Positions 24,434 to 37,413 of a stretch of 64,000 bases of DNA are shown here, piece by piece (positions within the stretch are counted from its first letter, which is position 1; each line of letters begins with the position of its first letter). The stretch is taken from positions 144,336,001-144,400,000 of the forward strand of contig NC_091984.1 of assembly GCF_044704955.1 (NCBI RefSeq), in the 5' to 3' direction. Both the position numbers and the translations under genes were made by a program. This stretch comes from Pristiophorus japonicus (lineage: Eukaryota). A model generated the notes under the pieces. The model did not search any database. It was not told where the DNA came from and was given only the letters and a program-made list of their open reading frames with translations.

Positions 24434-27093
24434 GGAGTCAACTTTCTGCTCGAGTTGCTCCTTTTTTTTGGAGCAACTGGTTCAGAATGGAGTATCTTAG
24501 AAATTGCAATTCTTGGCATTTAATTTGCTCCAGTTCCAGTGAGTTAGAACAGTTTCATTTTGGAACAGATTTTTTTTTCAAAAGGGGGCGTGTCCGGCCA
24601 CTTATGCCTGTTTTGAAAATTTAGGCAGCGAAAATTTACTCCAAACTAACTTAGAATGGAGCAAGTGTAGATTTTTGTACGCTCAGAAAAACCTTGTCTA
24701 CACTTTAGAAATCAGGCGTAGGTTACAAATCAGGCTTAGGGAATGGGAGGGGGTGAGGGGAGGGGGGGAGGGGCGAAGTAATTAAATTCTACAAGCATTC
24801 AACAGTCTTACTGAGACAAATAAAGAGCCAGCCCGAATAAAAAATTATAAACAAAGCAAATACAAAATATTGAATATTCCTACCTGTGTGAAGTAGCAGC
24901 AGCCTTCGAGCTGCGGTGCTTCAGGCAGGCCTTCCTTCCATGTTGGAGACAGGGGCGGCCTCAGTGACTCAATGGCAGCCGAAGACACAGCAAGCAGCCT
25001 TCGAGCTGCGAGGGTAACTGAGGCCATTCGGCCACTGGATAGGGGCGGCGGCAGTAACTGAAGGCAGCGGAAGACACAGGAAGCAGCCTTCGAACTGCGA
25101 GGGTAACTGAGGCTATTCGGCCAGGGGACATGGTAGGCGTGTAAAGCACCGGGAGGGAGAGGCAGCCAGCTAGCCAGTTTGAAACTTAAATTTGTAATTG
25201 CAGAATGGGTGCTGCATTGTCAACACCACGGATTATGCAATGGTTCACCAGCAATTCACTGCATAGGAGAGAATTGATTAGAGCTCACTGCACCAGGAAC
25301 GTCATAGCCCGTAGGCAGATTGGCAGGTGATCTTACCCACATCGGCAATATCGAGCCAGGCGCTCGTACCTGGACATGAGCGAGGCTGATTGTGTTAAAA
25401 GGCTGCGTTGCCACAGAGAAGTTGTCGTTGAGATCTGTGATATGCTGAGAGCAGATTTGCAGCCGAGAAGCAGAACACCAACTGCCTTGTCTGTTGAAGT
25501 GAAGGGAGCAGCTGCACTTGCCTTCTATGCCTCGGGATCATTTCAGGCTACAACTAGTGATGTGTGCGCCATCTCTCAACGTGCAATACATGCCAGCGTT
25601 TACCAGGTCACGGCTGCACTCATGCGCAGAAGAATGACTTCATCAATTTCCCAACGTCCGCACAAGCGATCCATGAGGGCTGTGGCCTTCTTCAGGATTG
25701 CTGGCTTCCCAAAGTTACAGGGCTGCATTGATTGTACCCACATCGCCTTGCGAGAACCTGTGGAGGATTCTGAACAGTTCAGGAATAGAAAAGGTTTCCA
25801 CTCCAACAATGTGCAGCTCGTGTGTGACGACAAGCAGCGCATCATGTCAGTCGATGTGAGATACCCTGACAGCACAGATGATGCCTTCATCCTACGCGAC
25901 AGCATTATATCTGACATGTTTGGGCAGCAGCCAGAAGGGCAGAGCTGGCTACTGGGAGACAAAGGGTACGGCCTGGCCAGCTGGCTCATGAAGCCCCGAC
26001 ACGTGACACGGACGGAAGTTGACCGTCAATACAACATGGCGCACATTGCGACGCGCAGCATCATTGAGAGGACCATTGGCATATTGAAACAGGGTTTCTG
26101 ATGCCTGGACCATTCCGGAGGCCACTTGCAATACTCCCCTCAGATTGTCGGTCACTTCACTGTTGTGTGCTGCATGCTCCATAACTTAGCCATCATGAGG
26201 CAGCAGGAGCTGGTAGTGGAACCAGAAGATCCACATGAGGGGCCACTGCCTGATGATAGTAATTTGGAAGAGCAGGATGAGGATGATAACGGTGATCAGG
26301 AAAGCATGCAAGTGTCTGATGCCGGAGCACGAGGTCGGAGGAGGGCCGTCCATCGTGCTCCTTTAACAATTGCTCGAGCCCTGCACCACCAGCTCATCCA
26401 TGAACACTTCAATTACTGATGCCTGAGGGCTCTGCGACAACTGTTGCGCATGGACATGTTTATTCTTTGGAGTTGCTCCTATGTCGTGTTGTGTTAATGG
26501 AACATGATTCAGTTTTAATGAAAACATATTTTATTGAAAAGTTAACGTCACTGTCATAAAATATCTGTTGTATCAAACTTTACTTTTTAATATTACTCTT
26601 GAAGATCACTTAAAAACTTTAAGGTCACTTATAAACTTGTAAAGTTACAAAGCAATTTCAACTTGAAAAATCTTACATTCTTAAGATCACTTCAAGATCA
26701 CTTTTTAGGTGCAAAATTAAATAAGTTACAAAAAGTGCGAGCATTTACACTATAAGATCACTTAAAAACCCTAAGATCACTTAGAAGTTGTAAAGTTACA
26801 AAAGTTACAAAACAATTTCAATGCTACAGCTACATCAAGAACAAGAACAAAAGCAGCAAAGAAAGGCTGCAACCATCTCTCCTCCACATCTCAGTGAATG
26901 TTCACTTCTTCATGGGGGTGTCAATTGATTGGCGGGGCTGTGTGCCTCCATGAGGGCCTGTGCCGTCACTTGCATGCCCTCTCTGATGGCCTGTGCCATC
27001 GATTGCACCCCCTCGGACATTCCCTCCCTAACTTCCCGTGTCATTATTGCTATTTCTCCCGTCAGGACCGTCACCTCTTCACCCACTGCACTG
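24434..27093 (+). mobile_element. PIF/Harbinger DNA transposon, right end truncated
   Basis: Transposase plus the convergent end of a second ORF (about 26910-27093 minus: [40 protein letters not shown]..). AT-rich spacer with aagatcactt repeats; short internal repeats at 24890-25125. Confidence 0.85.
25205..26419 (+). pseudogene. Harbinger (HARBI1-like) DDE transposase, inactivated
   Basis: FYASGSFQ, GFPKLQGCIDCTHI, NRKGFHS.NVQLVCD, LLGDKGY, RSIIERTIGILK; then TGA at 26099-26101 in place of R of FRCLD; CCMLHNLA and an acidic tail follow. Confidence 0.92.
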
Positions 27094-30000
27094 TGTAGGG
27101 GGTTTTTGCTCTGTCCAATTACGGGGGTCTTTGGTGGCTGTTGGTGTATTGGGCCTCTCTGTCCCTTCTAGGGGACGGTGCAGCAGCTTAGGGCTCGCTG
27201 ACCACTAAACTGGCGCTTCCGAAGCGCCCTAGCACCCCTATCTGGTTCTAACCTCAGAATTTTGGTGGATTATGAGCTTCCACAAGGGAAAACAAAACAC
27301 TCAGAGACAAGTGATTCTTGGAATGAAGAAAAACAGGTAAGTCCAATTTATTAACCACGGTAAGTTTCCAACAAGGTCAAACTTCATCAAAACACATATC
27401 TGACACACACTTATAAACTGTGAAAATCTATGGGAAGAAACGGACACAACGAAAACCTCACACAGTTTTATCTTTACAAGACATTTCCAACACCACCCCA
27501 ACCCACCTTTTTACCTGACTGACCGCGGCTGACAGTTGGGAAAAGAAACCCCAGGATAATACTTACGATCCCTTTTGACAGTTTTTTTTTTGCCTTAGGA
27601 TGGTTGGTTTACAGGGAAGCTGGAGTGAATGTTGCCTCTCCCAGTTACTTCGGTCTCCGGTTCTTCAGCTGGTTGGCCTCCGAGCGTTGTTTGGTGTGCG
27701 GCTCGGCTTCTTGAGATGATGTTGGGCCTCTCGGTAGTTGGGTTGTATATTCTGCACACAAGTCAAAAGAACATAAGAATTCGGAATAGGAGTAGGCCAT
27801 CTAGCCCCTCGAGCCTGCTCCGCCATTCAACAAGATCATGGCTGATCTGGTCGTGGACTCAGCTCCACTTACCCGCCCACTCCCCGTAACCCTTAATTCC
27901 CTTATTGGTTAAAAATCTATCTGTCTGTGATTTGAATACATTCAATGAGCTACCCTCAACTGCTTCCTTTGGTAGACAATTCCACAGATTCACAACCCTC
28001 TGGGAGAAGAAATTCCTTCTCAACTCGGTTTGAAATTGGCTCGCCCCGTATTTTGAGGCTGTGCCCCCTCGTTCTAGTCTCCCCGACCAGTGGAAACAAC
28101 CTCTCTGCCTCTATCTTGTCTATCCCTTTCATTATTTTAAATGTTTCTATAAGATCACCCCTCATCCTTCTGAACTCCAACGAGTAAAGACCCAGTCTAC
28201 TCATAAGGTAATACATACCTTATTTATTGATAGTGATTGTCTCAAGGTCCTCCCTTCCCACATTCCTGTGACCAGGCTATCATCATAAGGTAACCCCCTC
28301 ATCTCCGGAATCAGCCGAGTGAATCGTCTCTGTACCCTCTCCAAATCTAGTATATCCTTCCTTAAGTAAGGTGAACAAAACTGCATGTAGTACTCCAGGT
28401 GCGGCCTCACCAATACCCTATACAGTTGCAGCAGGATCTCCCTGCTTTTGTACTCCATCCCTCTCGCAATGAAGGCCAACATTCCATTCACCTTCCTGAT
28501 TAACTGCTGCACCTGCAAACTAACCTTTTTGGGATTCATGCACAAGGACCCCCAGGTCCCTCTGCACCGTAGCATGTTGGAATTTCTCCCCATTCAAATA
28601 ATATTCCCTTTTACTGTTTTTTTTTCCAAAGTGGATGACCTCACATTTTATGACATTGTATTCCATCTGCCAAACCTTAGCCCATTCGTTTAACCTAGCT
28701 AAATCTCTTTGCAGCCTCTCTGTGTCCTCTACACAACCCGCTTTCCCACTAATCTTTGTATCATCTGCAAATTTTGTTACACTGCACTCTGTCCCCTCTT
28801 CCAGGTCATCTATATATATTGTAAACAGTTGTAGTCCCAGCACCGATCTCTGTGGTACACCATTAACCACCGATTTCCAACCCGAAAAGGACCCATTTAT
28901 CCCGACTCTCTGCTTTCTGTTCGCCATCCAATTCTCTATCCATTCTAATACATTTCCTCTGACTCGGTGTACCTTTATCTTCTGCAGTAACCTTTTGTGT
29001 GGCACCTTATCGAATGCCTTTTGGAAATCTAAATACACCACATCCATCGGTACACCTCTATCCACCATGCTCGTTATATCCTCAAAGAATTCCAGTAAAT
29101 TAGTTAAACATGATTTCCCCTTCATAAATTCATGTTGTGTCTGCTTGATTGCACTATTCCTATCTAGATGTCTCGCTATTTCTTCCTTAATGATAGCTTC
29201 AAGCATTTTCCCAACTACAGATGTTAAACTAACCGGCCTATAGTTACCTGCCTTTTGTCTGCCCCTTTTTTAAACAAAGGCGTTAAATTAGATGCTTTCC
29301 AATCCGCTGGTACCTCCGCAGAGTCCAGAGAATTTTGGTAGATTATAACGAATGCATCTGCTATAACTTCCACCATCTCTTTTAATACCCTGGGATGCAT
29401 TTCATCAGGACCAGGGGACTTGTCTACCTTGAGTCCCATTAGCCTGTCCAGCACTACCCCACCTAGTGATAGTGATTGTCTCAAGGTCCTCCCTTCCCAC
29501 ATTCCTGTGACCAGCAACTTTTGGCATGGTTTTTGTGTCTTCCACTGTGAAGACCGAAGCAAAATAATTGTTTAAGGTCCCAGAAATTTCCACAATTCCC
29601 ATTATTAAATCCCCCTTCTCATTTTCTAAGGGACCAACATTTACTTTAGTCACTCTTTTCTGTATAATATATCTGTCAAAGCTTTTACTATCTGTTTTTA
29701 TGTTTTGCGCAAGTTTACTTTCATAATCGATCTTTCCTTTCTTTATTGCTTTCTTAGCCATTCTTTGCTGTCGTTTAAAATTTTCCCAATCTTCTCGTGT
29801 CCCACTGGCCTTGGCCACCTTATACGCATTGGTTTTTAATTTGACACTCTCCTTTATTTCCTTGGTTATCCACGGCTGGTTATCCCTTCTCTTACCGCCC
29901 TTCTTTTTCACTGGAATATATTTTTGTTGAGCACTATGAAAGAGCTCCTTATCGTCCTCCACTGTTCCTCAATTGTGCCACCATTTAGTCTGTGTTTCCA

Positions 30001-31213
30001 GTCTACTTTAGCCAACTCTGCCCTCATCCCACTGTAGTCCCCTTTGTTTAAGCATAGTACGCTCGTTTGAGACACTACTTCCTCAGCCTCAATCTGTATT
30101 ACAATTTCAACCATGCTATGATCACTCATTTCTAGAGGATCTTTTACCAGGAGATCGTTTATTATTCCTGTCTCATTACACAGGATCAGATCTAAGATAG
30201 CTTGCTCCCTTGTAGGTTCTGCAACATCGTGTTCTAAGAAACAATCCCGTATGCATTCTATGAATTCCTCCTCAAGGCTACCCCGTGCGATTTGATTTGA
30301 CCAATCGATACGTAGGTTAAAATCCCCCATGATTACTGCCGTTTCTTTTTCACATGCCTCCATTATTCCCTTGATTATTGTCTACCCCACCGTGAAGTTA
30401 TTATTTGGGGGCCTATAAACTACGCCCACCAGTCGAGTCCAGGGCCCGTTCGATGGTAGGTTTCCCAGCCGGTAACAGTCCGTCTCCGTTCTCGCTCGGT
30501 TTCTGTCTGTCTGTGTCTGCAACTGCTCCTCGCCTCTTTCTCCTACTGCTTCAGCTGCTTCTCTCCTCCTGGTGCTTCCGTAGGTCCAATATTTGTATCC
30601 AATTTATTTCTGGCCTTTTCACGCCCAAACTCAGTTGGTAGTCCATTGTATAAGTTTTGGGGGGGGAGATAGCTTTGAATATTTAATCAGAAGATGTCAC
30701 AGGTACAGGTAGGTGTGAGGACAGGGGTATTGTTTCAGTGCACATTGGTGCCTCAAAGTCTACTGGTCCATTGTAACAGTCCTGGGAGTCAATCGGTTTG
30801 GGCCTCCCATTTGATGGGCCTTCACCGCAGTGATATCAGATCTATTGTCCACTGTCCATATTAATTAGGTAGATGATGGTCCACATTCATAAATTTGATT
30901 AGGAGTGAGTCATATTTTCGAACTGGGCCGGGTAGTCCGCATTGGTAAAGGATTTCCCCGCTTCAGGTCCGACTCGACCCCTGATTGGCCTGCCAGAATG
31001 CACTTTTCCCCCATTGACCAGTGCCTCTTTCTCACTTGTGAGCCAGACTCCACAATGTCTGTATCCTCCCACATGTTTCCCAGCCTGCCTGGTCTGAGGA
31101 TTTTACTTGGCCAAAAATGTTCATTTAAAATGTATAGGATTATCCCTTTCTTAGTTTTCTTGTCCTTAGGGAGCTCCAAAAGAAAATACGGCCGTGGATT
31201 TTTGAACCTTACA
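27094..31213 (-). mobile_element. Long (about 1.45 kb) LTR-like sequence split by a CR1 insertion
   Basis: Begins TGTAG at 27094, exactly where the Harbinger ORF breaks; ends TTACA at 31213. Non-coding; minus-strand AATAAA near 27347-27352. Organisation resembles the LTR starting at 44348. Confidence 0.55.
27766..30432 (-). mobile_element. CR1 LINE ORF2 (5'-truncated within the endonuclease), with 3' UTR and tail
   Basis: ORFs 29908-30363 (GDFN..SDH), 28520-29206 (DFQKAFDKV..FADD), 28201-28593 and 27956-28216; aagaacat-type tail at about 27767. Confidence 0.93.
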
Positions 31214-34200
31214 CCCTAGTTTTAGTTTTCCCTATGAGTGGAAATATCCTCACTGCATCCACCTTGTCGAGCCCCGTGATTATCTGATAATAAGATCACC
31301 TCTCATTCTTCTGAACTTCAATATGTATAGGCCAAACCTGCTCAACCTATCTTCATAAGTCAACACCCTCAGCTCCGGAATCAACCTCGTGAACCTTCTC
31401 TGAACTGCCTCCAATGCAAGTATATCCTTCCTTAAATACGGAGATCAAAACTGTATGCAGTACTCCAGGTGTGGCCTCACCAATGCCCTGTACAGATATA
31501 GCAGGACTTCTCTGCTTTTATACTCCATCCCCCTTGCAATTAAGGCCAATATTCCATTTGCCTTTGTGATTACTTGCTGTACCTGCACACTAACTTTTTG
31601 TGTTTCATGCACAAGGACCCCCAGGTCCCTCTGTACTGCAGCACTTTGCAATTTTTCTCCATTTAAAAATTAATTTGCTTTTCTACTCTTTCTGCCAAAG
31701 TGGATAACCTCACATTTCCCGCATTTTACTCCATCTGCCAATCTTTTCCTCACTCTCTTCGCCTGTTGATATCCCTTTGCAGATTTTTTGTATCCTCCTC
31801 ACAATTTGCTTTCCCATCCATCTTTGTATCATCAGCAAACTTGACTACGTTACACTCGGTCCCTTCATCTAATCATTAATGTAGATTGTAAATAATTGAG
31901 GCCCCAGCACCGATCCTGCAGCACCCCCACGAGTTACTGTTTGTCAACTGGAAAATGACCCATTCCCAACTCTCTGTTTTCTGTTAGTTAGCCAATCCTC
32001 TATCCATGCTAATATATTACCCCCAACCGCATGAACTTTTATCTTGTGCCTTTTATGTGGTACCTTATCAAATGCCTTCTGGAAATCAAATTACACCACA
32101 TCCACTGGTTCCCTTTTATCCACCCTGCTCGTTACATCCTCAAAGATTTCCAACAAATTTTTCAAACATGATTTCCCTTTCATAAAACCATGCTGACTCT
32201 GCTTGATTGAATTATGCTTTTCCAAATGTCCTGCTACTGCTTCCTTAATAATGGACTCCAGCATTTTTCCAACCACAGATGTTAGGCTAACTGGTCTATA
32301 GTTTGCTTTCTTCTTTCTGTCTCCCCCCCTCCACCCCTCCCTTTCCCACAATAGGCTCCCCGCCTCGAACCAGTCGCCCCCTCTCAAAATCTCCCTCCCC
32401 CCTCCCCGTCTCTTGCCCTCCCTCCCTCCCCCCATCTCCCCCATTCCTCACTTCTCCCTTCCCTCCCATCCATTTCCCTCCACACTCCCTCTCCCTCCCC
32501 CAACTCCCCCATCACCCTCTCCTCCCTCTCCTCTGCCACTCCTCTCCTCCCAATCCCTCCTTCCCCCCCGTTCCCATCCCTTGCACTCCCTCCCTCCTCC
32601 CCCTCCCCTCGCCACTCTCCTCCTCTCCTCCCCTCCCTCCTTCCCCCTGGTTCTAGACTCCCTGCATCTACCCTGTGAAGCCCTATTCGAATTTTGTATG
32701 TTTCAATGCGATCCCCTCTCATTCTTCTAAACTCGAGAGAGTATAGGCCTTGGAACTTGCTGGACCAAGGCGGGTAGATGGAGTTCAGATACAGATGAGC
32801 CGTGATCTGATTGAATGGGGGAGCAGGCTCGAGGGGCTGAATGGCCTCCTCCTGTTCATTGTGTCCAGCAGCAGCTGTGTACCTCTCCGCAACCTCATCT
32901 TGATTTTTATCAGTCGCATCAGAGCCTTGATTCCCTCACCATGGGGCTGGTGTTTCCAGATCAATGTCCAGCTGATCGATGCCATGAGTCAGACTCAGTG
33001 AGCACTGTCAGCGGGTGGAAAGGCTGCTCTAACTGCAGCCTTGTTCTAATGCATTTGGGGAGGGGCAACAAGTCAAGTGAATACACAATAAATGGGAGGG
33101 TACTGAGAGGGGTGGAGGAACGGAGGGACCTTGGAGTGCATGTCCACAGATCCCTGAAGGTAGCAGGCCAGGTCGTTAAGGTGCTTAAAAAGGCATACGG
33201 AATACTTGCCTTTATTAGCCAAGACATAGAATACAAGAGCAGGGAGGTTATGCTTGAACTGTATGAAACACTAGTTAGGGCACACACAAATTATCTTTAT
33301 GGTCTCTAATAGGCCCCACACATTCTTTAATTATCCTTTTGCTCTTAATGTATTTACAAAACAGCTTTGTGATTTCCTTGATTTTACTTGCCAAAATGTT
33401 TTCATGCTCTCTCTTTGCTTTCCTAATTTCCTTTTTAATTGCACAACTACACTTTCTATACCCTCTAAAGTTCCTGCAGTATTGAGCCCTCGGTATCTGT
33501 TATAAGCCTCCCTTTTTTACTTTATCTTACACTGTATTTCTCTTGTCATCCAGGGCCTCTAGATTTGTTAGTCCCACCCTTTTTCTTTAAGGGAACAGAC
33601 TTACTCTGAAACCACAGGATTTCCTCCTTGAATGCCTCCCACTGCTCTGACACTGATTTACCTTCAAGTCGCTGTTTCCAGATGTTTCCAGTCTGTTGGA
33701 AATGTTGGACCCAATGTTAGGACAGTTGAAATCCCCTACTATTACTGCCATACAGTTTTTGCACTGTCAGAAATGTGCCTACTTACTTCTCTTCTATCTC
33801 CCTCTGACTGGTTGGGGGTCTGTAGTACCCTCCCAGCAGTTTGATTCAGGGCATAAGAACATAAGAAATAGGAAGAGGAGTCGGCCACACAGCCCCTCGA
33901 GCCTGCTCCGCCATTCAATAAGTTCATGGCTGATCTGATCATGGACTCAGCTCCACTTCTTTGCCTGCTCCCCATATCCCCTTATCCCCTTATCGATTAA
34001 GAAACTGTCTATTTCTGTCTTAAATTTATTCAATGTCCCAGCTTCCACAGCTCAGGAACCATCGCCCCCACCAGTACTCAGAACAGAATACTGGTTGGAG
34101 AGCGAGATGGATTCAGGGGACTCCTGCACTACCTGCCTGGACCTCCTCTTCTGTCTGGTGGTCACCCATTCCCTCTCTGCCTGCACACTCTTAAGCTGCG

Positions 34201-34516
34201 GGGTGGCCACCTCTAGAAACGTGCTATCCACAAAGTTCTCAGCCTCGCGGATGCACCGCAGTGACTCCAGCCGCCGCTCAATCTCCGAAACGCAGAGCTC
34301 GAGTTGCTGTAACTGGTGACAGTTCCTGCACATGTGGTCGTCCAGGCCACGAGAAGCATCCAGGACTTCCCACATGGCACAGGATGTGCTCTCCACGGGA
34401 CAGAACTGCCCTGCCATGCCTCTATTTAATAGACTGAGAAATAACTTAGTAGAAATAAATTAAAAATAAAATAAAGCAAGTAACTGCCTGGCCTGCATCA
34501 TTCAGGCCATAATTTC
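31214..34516. mobile_element. Deleted/rearranged paralogue of the CR1 cluster at 1493-12677
   Basis: 31220-32320 CR1 RT (-); 32640-33280 matches 2900-3140 joined to 7871-8290; 33280-33845 matches pieces of 9258-11200; 34052-34417 is the CR1 ORF1 start (MAGQFCPVE..). Confidence 0.85.
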
Positions 34517-34585
34517 TGGATTTATTCACCTGACTCAGGGTGAACACTGTTGATGGGCCATTAATGGGCCTTAAGTTTTCAGCTC

Positions 34586-35510
34586 AGTCAGCTGTGGCTC
34601 AATGGGCAGCACACTTGCATCTGAATCCAAAAGTTGTGGGTTTAAATCCCACTCCAGATACTAAGCTCAGAAATCTAAACTGACAGTCCCGGTGCAGTAC
34701 TGAGGGAAATACGCACTGTCGGAGGGGCAGCCTTTCAGGGTAGATGTTAAACCGAGGCACTGTTTGCCCTCTTAGGTGGACGTTAATGTTCCCATGCCAC
34801 TATTTTGAAGAAGAGCAGGGGAGTTCTCCCCAGTGTCCTGGCCAATATTTATCCCTCAATCAACATCACAAAAACAGATTGGGAACAAAATTCCTCCGTT
34901 GTGTGCCTACCATTAATACCTTCGGGGGGCGCTAACGGGGTTTGACAGTGTCTTCCCCTTGGTGGGGGGGTTTACCGGCTCCCGCGGAATTTAGCAGAGA
35001 TGCAAAATGGAAAGCGCCCCGTGAGCCATGTCCGCACCTGGCCTGCGGGTCATGAACCGGGCCGCGCTTCACTTGTGGAGTGAAACTTACCGGGAGGTAT
35101 GCGTCGCCCCGCCATTTGTTTTTGGCGACTTACCGGTCGGGCCTTTCTGTGCCGATGTGGCGGGGTCGGTGCCGCGATGGTGCAGCCCGACACTCGCCCC
35201 CGAGCCCACCCCCAGGGGAAGTGCAGCGCGCCACATTGCGCTCCACTTCCTGTCAGGGGCCGTGACCCCAATTTCACTTACGGGGTGGGACTTTGGCGTG
35301 GGAAAAGTTACTGCCCCAACCGGGGCGATACGCAATTTGGGCCCATTATCTGGTCATAATGACATGTGGGGGCTTGCTGTGCACAAACTGTCTATCGTGT
35401 CTCCTCCATTACAGCAGTGACTGCACTTCAAAAGTACTTCATTGGCTGTAAAGTACTTTGGGAGGTTCTGAGCTGGTGAAAGGCGCTATATAAATGCAAG
35501 TCTTTCTTTC
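34586..35510 (+). mobile_element. Full-length Deu-domain-type tRNA SINE interrupted by a MITE
   Basis: A-box tggctcaatgg, degenerate B-box, the same body as 13293-13695, and a gtgaaaggcgctatataaatgcaagtctttctttc tail. Confidence 0.8.
34881..35344. mobile_element. Non-autonomous PIF/Harbinger-type MITE
   Basis: GC-rich 464-bp insert with a 3-bp TSD ATT (34878-34880 / 35345-35347) and imperfect TIRs gggaacaaaattcc / gcaatttgggccc. Confidence 0.7.
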
Positions 35511-36929
35511 CAATTCAGCTCCACATCTTTGAGACCCAAACCCGCGGAGAGTGACGGACAGGTACAGACCCTGTGGTCCATCCAGCCCGTCCCACACAAT
35601 TGTGATACCTTGTGTATCACAGTATAGACTCTCCACCCCACCCAAAACTACCTGATCTCCTGGGAGAGGCGAAAAACCAGGGAAAAAACCCATTGGGGGG
35701 AAATAAATCTGGGAAACTCCTCTCCGAGCCCCCCCACCCACCTCCGGGCGATGGAAACTAGTCCAGGAGGTCACTGTGGCCCTGAATTCCCTGCAGTAAC
35801 TATCTTCTGTAAGTGGTGATCTCCGCACCGGCCACAAACAGGTCCTGCTCTCGCTTATGTACAGCTCATGGATTTCAAATTACAAGCTTTCCCCACAGTG
35901 TCAAGTGCTGCAAATACTGTGTTAAATTATCAGGGTTATATTCTCACTGTCTGTCATTGTCACAACACTCGCTATATAAATGCAAGTTGTTGTTGTGTCC
36001 AGGGGCCGCTGTATCTGGCTCAGGCTTCTTATCCATCCCCCCTTCCCTTCCCCCTTCATTGGGGGCCGTGCCTTCAGCTGCCTGGGCCCTAACTCCCTGC
36101 TCCCTAAACCTCTCTGCCACTCCACCCCTCTCCTCTTTTAAGACCTCCCTTCAAACCCAATCTGTGACTGAGTGTTTTGATCCCTCTCCCAGCCCCTCCC
36201 CCTTTGGCTCAGCACCACATTGACCAGATTACGCCTCTGTCAGCTGCCTCGGGATGTTGTTCTAATGTGACAGTTGCTACAGCAATGCAGGTTGTTGCTG
36301 CTGTACCTGGCGGCAGAGTGTCTCTGTATGGATATATCCCATGCACCGAGCTCCGCGGTGAGGCCTCCCACAGTGGAATGGCCTGCCCGATGCTCACTGC
36401 AGTGCGGAGTGGCTGCTGACCCACCAATCGGTCTGAGACACCGCCTCACGAGCGGACGAGGAGATACACGCTGAGATCCACCATCAAATGACACGTGGGG
36501 AACTGGAAATGATTCTGCAAACCTGACTGGAGGTTTGGTACAATCGGGTTTTACAAACCAATCAATTGAGTGACACAGAAATTGTCCAAAAATTTGGTCT
36601 TTCCAGAACCAACATCGCCCCCTTTTGTTATGAAGGCAGCACTGCCAATTTCCCTCACAATTTGACTGAGCTGCAATTTTCAATGTCTCCTTACGTGGCT
36701 CGCTGTCAATCTTTATTCTATAACGCTCCTGTGAAGCGCTCGGGGAGTTTTACTGTGTTAAAGGTGCTGTATAAAAGTTGCTGTTGTTGTTTGTTCTGAG
36801 TTCACTGTTCCAACTGAGGTCGGGATATGACTCACAGCTCAGACTGTGCGGCATCCAGTGATGCAATGTTGTATCGTGGGTTCAAGCCCCACTCCAGGGA
36901 CCTGAGTGTAAAATAAAGACATACACTAC

Positions 36930-37408
36930 TGTGCAGTCCTGAGGGAGTGCTGCACTGTCAGAGGGGCAGTACTGAGGGAGTGCCGCACTGTCAGAGGGGC
37001 AGTACTGAGGGAGTGCCGCATTGTCAGAGTGGCAATACTGAGGGAGTGCTGCACTGTCAGAGGGGCAGTACTGAGGGAGTGTCGCATTGTCAGAGGGGCA
37101 GTACTGAGGGAGTGCTGCACTGTCAGAGGGGCAGTACTGAGGGAGTGCCGCACTGTCGGAAGGGCAGTACTGAGGGAGTGCCGCATTGTCAGAGGAGCAA
37201 TACTGAGGGAGTGCCGAACTGTCAGAGGGGCAGTACTGAGGGAGTGCCGCATTGTCAGAGGGGCAATACTGAGGGAGTGCTGCACTGTCAGAGGGGCAGT
37301 ACTGAGGGAGTGCCGCACTGTCAGAGGGGCAGTACTGAAGGAGTGCTGCACTGTCGGAAGGGCAGTACTGAGGGAGTGTTGCACTGTCAGAGGGGCAGTA
37401 CTGAGGGG
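36930..37408 (+). repeat. 33-bp minisatellite, about 14 copies, expanded from within a SINE
   Basis: Unit gtactgagggagtgctgcactgtcagaggggca. Preceded by a SINE head (ggttcaagcccc, about 36880); matches the SINE body motif at 13381-13412. Confidence 0.92.
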
Positions 37409-37413
37409 TTGCC

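Noticed and set aside
25205-26419. Domesticated host HARBI1 gene or RAG-like transposase
   Set aside because: Premature stop and frameshifts, transposon context with a partner ORF; motifs are PIF/Harbinger, not Transib/RAG.
32303-32730. Pro-rich and Gly/Glu-rich ORFs
   Set aside because: Polypyrimidine/polypurine low-complexity tract (paralogues at 24070-24270 and 57410-57610).
36240-36683. 147-aa ORF in apparently unique sequence
   Set aside because: No recognisable domain, splice structure or paralogue in the window; cannot be supported.
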